DNA of 64,000 nt from contig NC_079239.1 of the NCBI RefSeq assembly GCF_027921745.1, forward strand, positions 2,480,001-2,544,000, written 5' to 3'. Positions 59,586-64,000 of the stretch are shown piece by piece. The notes beneath the pieces are model-generated. The model was not told the origin of the DNA. It made no database searches and was given only the letters and a program-made list of their open reading frames with translations. This stretch comes from Schizosaccharomyces osmophilus. Lineage: Eukaryota. Position numbers and translations under genes: made by a program. How positions within the stretch are numbered: position 1 is the first letter of the stretch; the number at the start of each line of letters is the position of its first letter.

Positions 59586-59678
59586 GATCAAAGAGTATGG
59601 ACAGGTAACGGCCAAACGAAATTCAATCTTTGTCAAACAACGAGGTACTTCCCCTATATCTATTACAGCATGCTCTGC

Positions 59679-59733
59679 TTACGTAACTTATGATTTCGCA
59701 GGAGCGCTTCTATCCGATTAATCCCATTAGTAA
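59679..59733. promoter_or_regulatory. Two Pap1/Yap1-type response elements upstream of the NmrA gene
   Basis: TTACGTAA at 59679-59686 and TTAGTAA at 59727-59733. Confidence 0.5.
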
Positions 59734-59753
59734 AAAAAATTGTCAAGGCCGAG

Positions 59754-60126
59754 TGTCATAACCGGTATACGATATTACTAGTATTTTGATACAATAATTG
59801 TATTGTATTATCAAATACGTTATTACAAAAAGTAAAAATCCATTTTTGCGATTGAAATTTATTAAATTCTAGAAAGATATATAAATATACCTCTAGTTGA
59901 AAGGTCAAATCTTCAGATTGGAAGATTTGACTGATCTAGCTAAATAAATCGTTCACACAACTTGCTTAGTGAATCAGATCCCTGGAAGCCATTACTATTT
60001 CATCTTAGTAGTATTTAAGAATCCAATTCAAAGTTAAGTATACAAATCATTTACAATTGTAACTATTTTTTTTGTTTTTTTTTTAAATAACTTATTCTCA
60101 AAACAAGTGAGACTCAACCTGTGACA
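59754..60126 (+). mobile_element. Solo LTR-like element, 373 bp (right arm)
   Basis: TGTCATAACC...CTCAACCTGTGACA, whose own ends form a 6/7 inverted repeat. TATA-like GTATTTAAG at 60011, AATAA near the 3' end. Homologous to the left arm. Confidence 0.7.
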
Positions 60127-60364
60127 GTACTAACAATATTATAAATTAACAAACCGGGTATAAATGCATAACGGTAATTCAACGAGTTTAGAGAGGCATC
60201 ATCATAACAATAAATAAATAAAAATCAACACCGGACTTCTATGCTCCAAATGAAAATTCGTAGGACATCATAATCATTAGCAACAAAATCGCATCTAAAA
60301 ATAAAACAATGTTTGATATATGCGAATGTAAACCAGAAAAGGAGATGCATACAAAAAGAATTAC

Positions 60365-62650
60365 TTAAAAACTGAATAAACCAGAGCGCCGTTTTCCAAA
60401 AGGATAAATGACTAACGCAGAGGCAAATAAACCAACGGAAATACCGATAGCTATCTGAACCATATTTATACCGAACGAGAGAGAACTAGTATTAAAAGAA
60501 GAGTCATCGGAAGTGGTTGAGTTGCTGTTGTTACTAATTTGGGTAGCCAAATCAATTCCAAACTTGACACCGCCTTGGGCAGCCAAACCGGAAGGTACTT
60601 GCACAAAGATGGCTGGCAAAACGGCAGCAAATGCGACACCTTGGCCTAGACGAGAGTACAGATTTCCAAGACAACCAATAACAAAGGCTGCTATAGCATT
60701 TCCTATGGCCGCTGTATTCTTAAAATGTTTTTGGGTCGTAAAATAATTGACAATGTAACCAACACAAGATATGAATAAAGACACTGGCCATTGTGACGGT
60801 CGTGCCTGATTTACAATTAGTAAGCATACGGTAAAAAGAGGAACAAATAAAATTCTCCATTTATCGTCAATATATCGCTCAACACTACAAGTGTATTCCG
60901 AGGTTGCATGATGATCCATCCATCCATAAAGAGCTGCACCTATAGCGATACCAAAACTCAAAAATAATGAATAAATAATTGCATAAAACATTCGAACACT
61001 TCCTGCAACAATGTTTTTACTTTGCAATTCAAGAGATCCGCACAGGACGATATAACCAGGAAGGATTAGCACAATTGCACCTTCTGCTAAGGCTGCAAAA
61101 CAGAAGATAGGATTCGACTTATTTGCGCGATCATGAAAAATGCTTCCGAATGCTCGACTCAAAAAGGAAGTTAGAATAGAACCGGTGACCTCCAGTAGAC
61201 TATTGTACAAGGGCGACCTTGGGGCAATAAGTAGTTGAAGAGATCCGATAATTAAACCCAAAAAAAAGGAAATTGGAAGATCAATCCAACCGCCAGAAAA
61301 TGCGATTGGTAGAATAAAGGCACTTGCGAAACCATAAGTTACAACTAATATCCAAGTCTTAAAATAAGGAGGTGATTTTAGAATAGTGTCTAGTCCATTG
61401 ATCGCTTCCTCAACGCTCATCAAATCATGAACAACAGCTTTATAAACATCGTGAACTAACTTCAACTTCCCCAGGTCAACCGTCTGATTAACACGTACGA
61501 TATGCATATCAGAGGTATGGGTGTTTGTATCTCCAAACGAAATTATCATACAACCGGGAACATATAAGAATTGTCCCTCGATCTCCAGAACTTTTGCAGT
61601 AGAGGACATGTGCTCCTCCAACCGGTGGCTGGGTGCACCATGAGTCATAAGTGCTCGACAAAGCTTTAAAATGTATTTTTGCCTTTGTAGTACGTCTGCC
61701 AGGTGAACGGTAATTTTGTATTTTTCATTTAAAGACGAAGGCTTTTTTGAATGATGTGGAAAGTGAAACTTTTTGGATTTTTGATTCGGCAATTTCGGAA
61801 GATTCGATAAATCATCACGGGACTGAAATCCTACAGCTGGACCCATAAATGTCTGATTTGATGCACGCATAAGATCTGTAAGCGAATGACTGGAAGATAA
61901 TTGTGAATGCTTTTGTAGCTTAGAGGCATTTGGTTGTTTTAATGAAATTCTACTCGACGTAACTGTGTCAGCATTCGTATACAGCTTTAGCAAGCTAGAA
62001 AGAACACCAGCTTTGTAGTTCTTGGGATGACTTAATATGTCTAATTCATCTTCAAAAGGGTCTTTTTCATTCTCTTCGTCAGTGTTCTCTCCTGTATTCT
62101 TCATTGCATTCAATCTCATGTGTTCCAATTTTGCCGAAGTATGCGCCGCAACAAGTTTATAAGCTTCATTTACAGATGATGGTACTTTAGGAATAGTAGA
62201 AGTCAAATCCGTAGCCGAGTTGTTTTCCATATTATTCATTCCAATCATAGGGGCAGAATGACTTCGATCTAAAGTGGGTCTCTTGGCAATATTAGTAAGT
62301 GATTGATTTGGGCTATCTTGCGTTCGAATACTCGATGCATAACGTTCATCAATGCTGTTGTTATCGGACACTGGTCTAGATGCAACAGGACTTGGCAATG
62401 ATGGAATATTTAAGTTTCCATTGTCCGTAGAACCCGCAGACCCCGTCTGTCTATGAACAGCTGGTGAAGGTGCTCTATGGACGTTCAGAAATTGCGGTCC
62501 ATCATCTTCGTCTGACTCTTCATCTCCTTCTTCTATTGAGAAGGAAGGAGGTGGTCGTTGATAGGTAGTCGGGTTAGTATACGGCGCTTGACTATTATTC
62601 AAAAAGTGCCTTCTTTCAGTGTTAAATCGCACCCTTCGATTCCCTTCCAT
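60365..62650 (-). CDS. PRM10-like ThrE/DUF1212 membrane transporter (syntenic with SPAC7D4.12c)
   Basis: LCRALMTHGAPSHRLEE, LILPGYIVLCGSLEL, LPAIFVQVPSG and GKRRSGLFSF motifs; multiple TM segments. Confidence 0.85.
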   Translation of the reverse strand: MEGNRRVRFNTERRHFLNNSQAPYTNPTTYQRPPPSFSIEEGDEESDEDDGPQFLNVHRAPSPAVHRQTGSAGSTDNGNLNIPSLPSPVASRPVSDNNSIDERYASSIRTQDSPNQSLTNIAKRPTLDRSHSAPMIGMNNMENNSATDLTSTIPKVPSSVNEAYKLVAAHTSAKLEHMRLNAMKNTGENTDEENEKDPFEDELDILSHPKNYKAGVLSSLLKLYTNADTVTSSRISLKQPNASKLQKHSQLSSSHSLTDLMRASNQTFMGPAVGFQSRDDLSNLPKLPNQKSKKFHFPHHSKKPSSLNEKYKITVHLADVLQRQKYILKLCRALMTHGAPSHRLEEHMSSTAKVLEIEGQFLYVPGCMIISFGDTNTHTSDMHIVRVNQTVDLGKLKLVHDVYKAVVHDLMSVEEAINGLDTILKSPPYFKTWILVVTYGFASAFILPIAFSGGWIDLPISFFLGLIIGSLQLLIAPRSPLYNSLLEVTGSILTSFLSRAFGSIFHDRANKSNPIFCFAALAEGAIVLILPGYIVLCGSLELQSKNIVAGSVRMFYAIIYSLFLSFGIAIGAALYGWMDHHATSEYTCSVERYIDDKWRILFVPLFTVCLLIVNQARPSQWPVSLFISCVGYIVNYFTTQKHFKNTAAIGNAIAAFVIGCLGNLYSRLGQGVAFAAVLPAIFVQVPSGLAAQGGVKFGIDLATQISNNSNSTTSDDSSFNTSSLSFGINMVQIAIGISVGLFASALVIYPFGKRRSGLFSF

Positions 62651-63251
62651 TTCAATTCAATGTAAATTGTCACACAAGTCATCAAAAGAATAGATATATA
62701 CGATCTTCAAGGAAACACCCTCGTTTGTAGGTTGTATAGATGAATTGTCAATACACCTTTACCAGGTCAATGAACCTTCAAGAAAAACAAAAGCAAATAA
62801 ACAATTGACTATACTGGAAACCTTTTATGGTATGTTTCTCGTGCTCCTTACAGAATGAGGATGAACGGCCGTTGGTAGGAAGATACTAAGATTTTAGCAT
62901 AGGTACATCTTAGGTATATCCTATGTCCGAACTTTTACGTATAGCAACACAAACAAGGACTCTTATTATATCAAGAATTACATATATATATATTTTTCCT
63001 TTTTATTTACATATAAATTTATTGGTTCCTTTATAGTTGATTATACAGGTAGGACTCCAAAAGAAACAGGTTAATTGCGGAATCACAAAGTTGTAAGACA
63101 ATATATTTTACCCAAACTATCAATTTTTATTCTCTATTTTTCTTATTCATTAAATTATTGGTACCTTCCAGTAATTAGAGAGCTTTTCGTAGATGCATCG
63201 TCAACGTCAGTTCACATGTACTTTTATAATTCCCGTATGAGATATTTGTTA

Positions 63252-64000
63252 TTAGAGATTTTTGATGCTCTTCTCGGTTGGTCGCGATCCATTAGAATAC
63301 TTTAAAGTATCTCGAAAAAAAGAATTATAGGTAGTCGGTAGCTGCAATTCATTTCCCTTTAATATTAAGAAGTCAAGCATTGTCAAAATTTCATTTTTAT
63401 GCAATATTTGATTTAAATAAACGTTTCGGAAGATCGATTTTGTGTGGCATCCTACACGATAAAACCTAGGGGTATTATACCGGGTAAAATTTAAATACCT
63501 GGATACGGGAAGCTTGGTAATAATTTCCATATTCTCCTGTAGGTATTTCTTTGAATACTCGAATTGGGCCTGCTTGCTCGTAGGACTCCCCCGGCAAGAA
63601 TATAGCAATTCAAGAGCTGCAACAGAAGGCAGCGTTGCCAAATCTAGTAGCTTATAGACAAGTAGATCCTTATACGGAATACAATTTTCTTTCCCTTTCT
63701 CTGAATTGAAGATTAGACTGACTAAATCCATCGTTTTGTAGAAGTCTTGATCCATAGGATCCAACTCCTCTTCGTCTTTCATCAACAGTTCAAATCTAAA
63801 TGGAAAAGGAACTTTTGAAAGGTAAACTTTTCCACCTTTATGTTGTAGGCCAAAACGTCTTGTCGTCAATTCATATAAAGAAGCTCGCATAAATCCTCTT
63901 TGGGTTAGCGTTCGAATAACTTTTTCTGTAATTGGAAACGGCTGATCAACTAAAACAATAGAGGATGAATCGTTGATTTGGTGTTTGCGTATTAAATCCT
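63252..64000 (-). CDS. Uncharacterised, probably Schizosaccharomyces-specific protein; 5' end lies beyond the window
   Basis: The 212-aa ORF stays open upstream of 63890 to the window edge (DLIRKHQINDSSSIVLVDQPFP...). No recognisable domain. Confidence 0.6.
   Translation of the reverse strand, partial: DLIRKHQINDSSSIVLVDQPFPITEKVIRTLTQRGFMRASLYELTTRRFGLQHKGGKVYLSKVPFPFRFELLMKDEEELDPMDQDFYKTMDLVSLIFNSEKGKENCIPYKDLLVYKLLDLATLPSVAALELLYSCRGSPTSKQAQFEYSKKYLQENMEIITKLPVSRYLNFTRYNTPRFYRVGCHTKSIFRNVYLNQILHKNEILTMLDFLILKGNELQLPTTYNSFFRDTLKYSNGSRPTEKSIKNL

Larger units (their letters stand above)
58254..60126. mobile_element. Composite cassette: inverted LTR-like pair flanking an NmrA-family cargo gene
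   Basis: Perfect 22-bp outer inverted termini TGTCACAGGTTGAGTCTCACTT. Blocks 58331-58451 and 59910-60029 are inverted with 6 substitutions and 1 indel. Shared 15-mer near the inner ends. Confidence 0.8.

Noticed and set aside
58634..59753. Retrotransposon internal domain (PBS/PPT, gag-pol) between the arms
   Set aside because: The arms are inverted rather than direct, no polypurine tract abuts either terminus, and the interior is filled by the NmrA gene.
58254..60126. Classical TIR DNA transposon or MITE (Tc1/hAT/MULE/Ginger) reading of the cassette
   Set aside because: No transposase or TSD, and each arm has its own inner TGT terminus with ~375-bp length, which fits LTRs better. Not fully excluded without a family search.

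Overview
Gene-dense euchromatic chromosome-arm segment of a fission yeast (Schizosaccharomyces). The proteins are close to, but not identical with, those of S. pombe, so it is probably the octosporus/cryophilus/osmophilus clade; I cannot fix the species from sequence alone. Gene order follows my recollection of S. pombe chromosome I cosmids c644-c4F8-c7D4: cdr1 (3' part), dut1, pct1, did4, mrpl40, sdo1, rpf1, mrpl28, mrps12, hxk2, stg1, tRNA-Lys, sea2, spp42/prp8, rng2, hcs1, itr1, sfp47, tRNA-Ile, a DUF1765 gene, atg11, a HAD hydrolase, alg3, trx1, dfg10, vma13, sec39, a PRM10-like gene and a lineage-specific ORF. The one clear intruder is a 1,873-bp cassette (58254-60126) between sec39 and the PRM10-like gene. 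It holds an intronless, codon-atypical NmrA-family oxidoreductase gene that resembles filamentous-ascomycete proteins, bracketed by two related ~375-bp TGT...ACA LTR-like elements in inverted orientation. The left element supplies the gene's stop codon, no junction shows a target-site duplication, both arms carry an 11-6-11 dyad, and the 168-bp cargo promoter has two Pap1/Yap1-type sites. Gene names come from recalled protein similarity and synteny, not from database searches.
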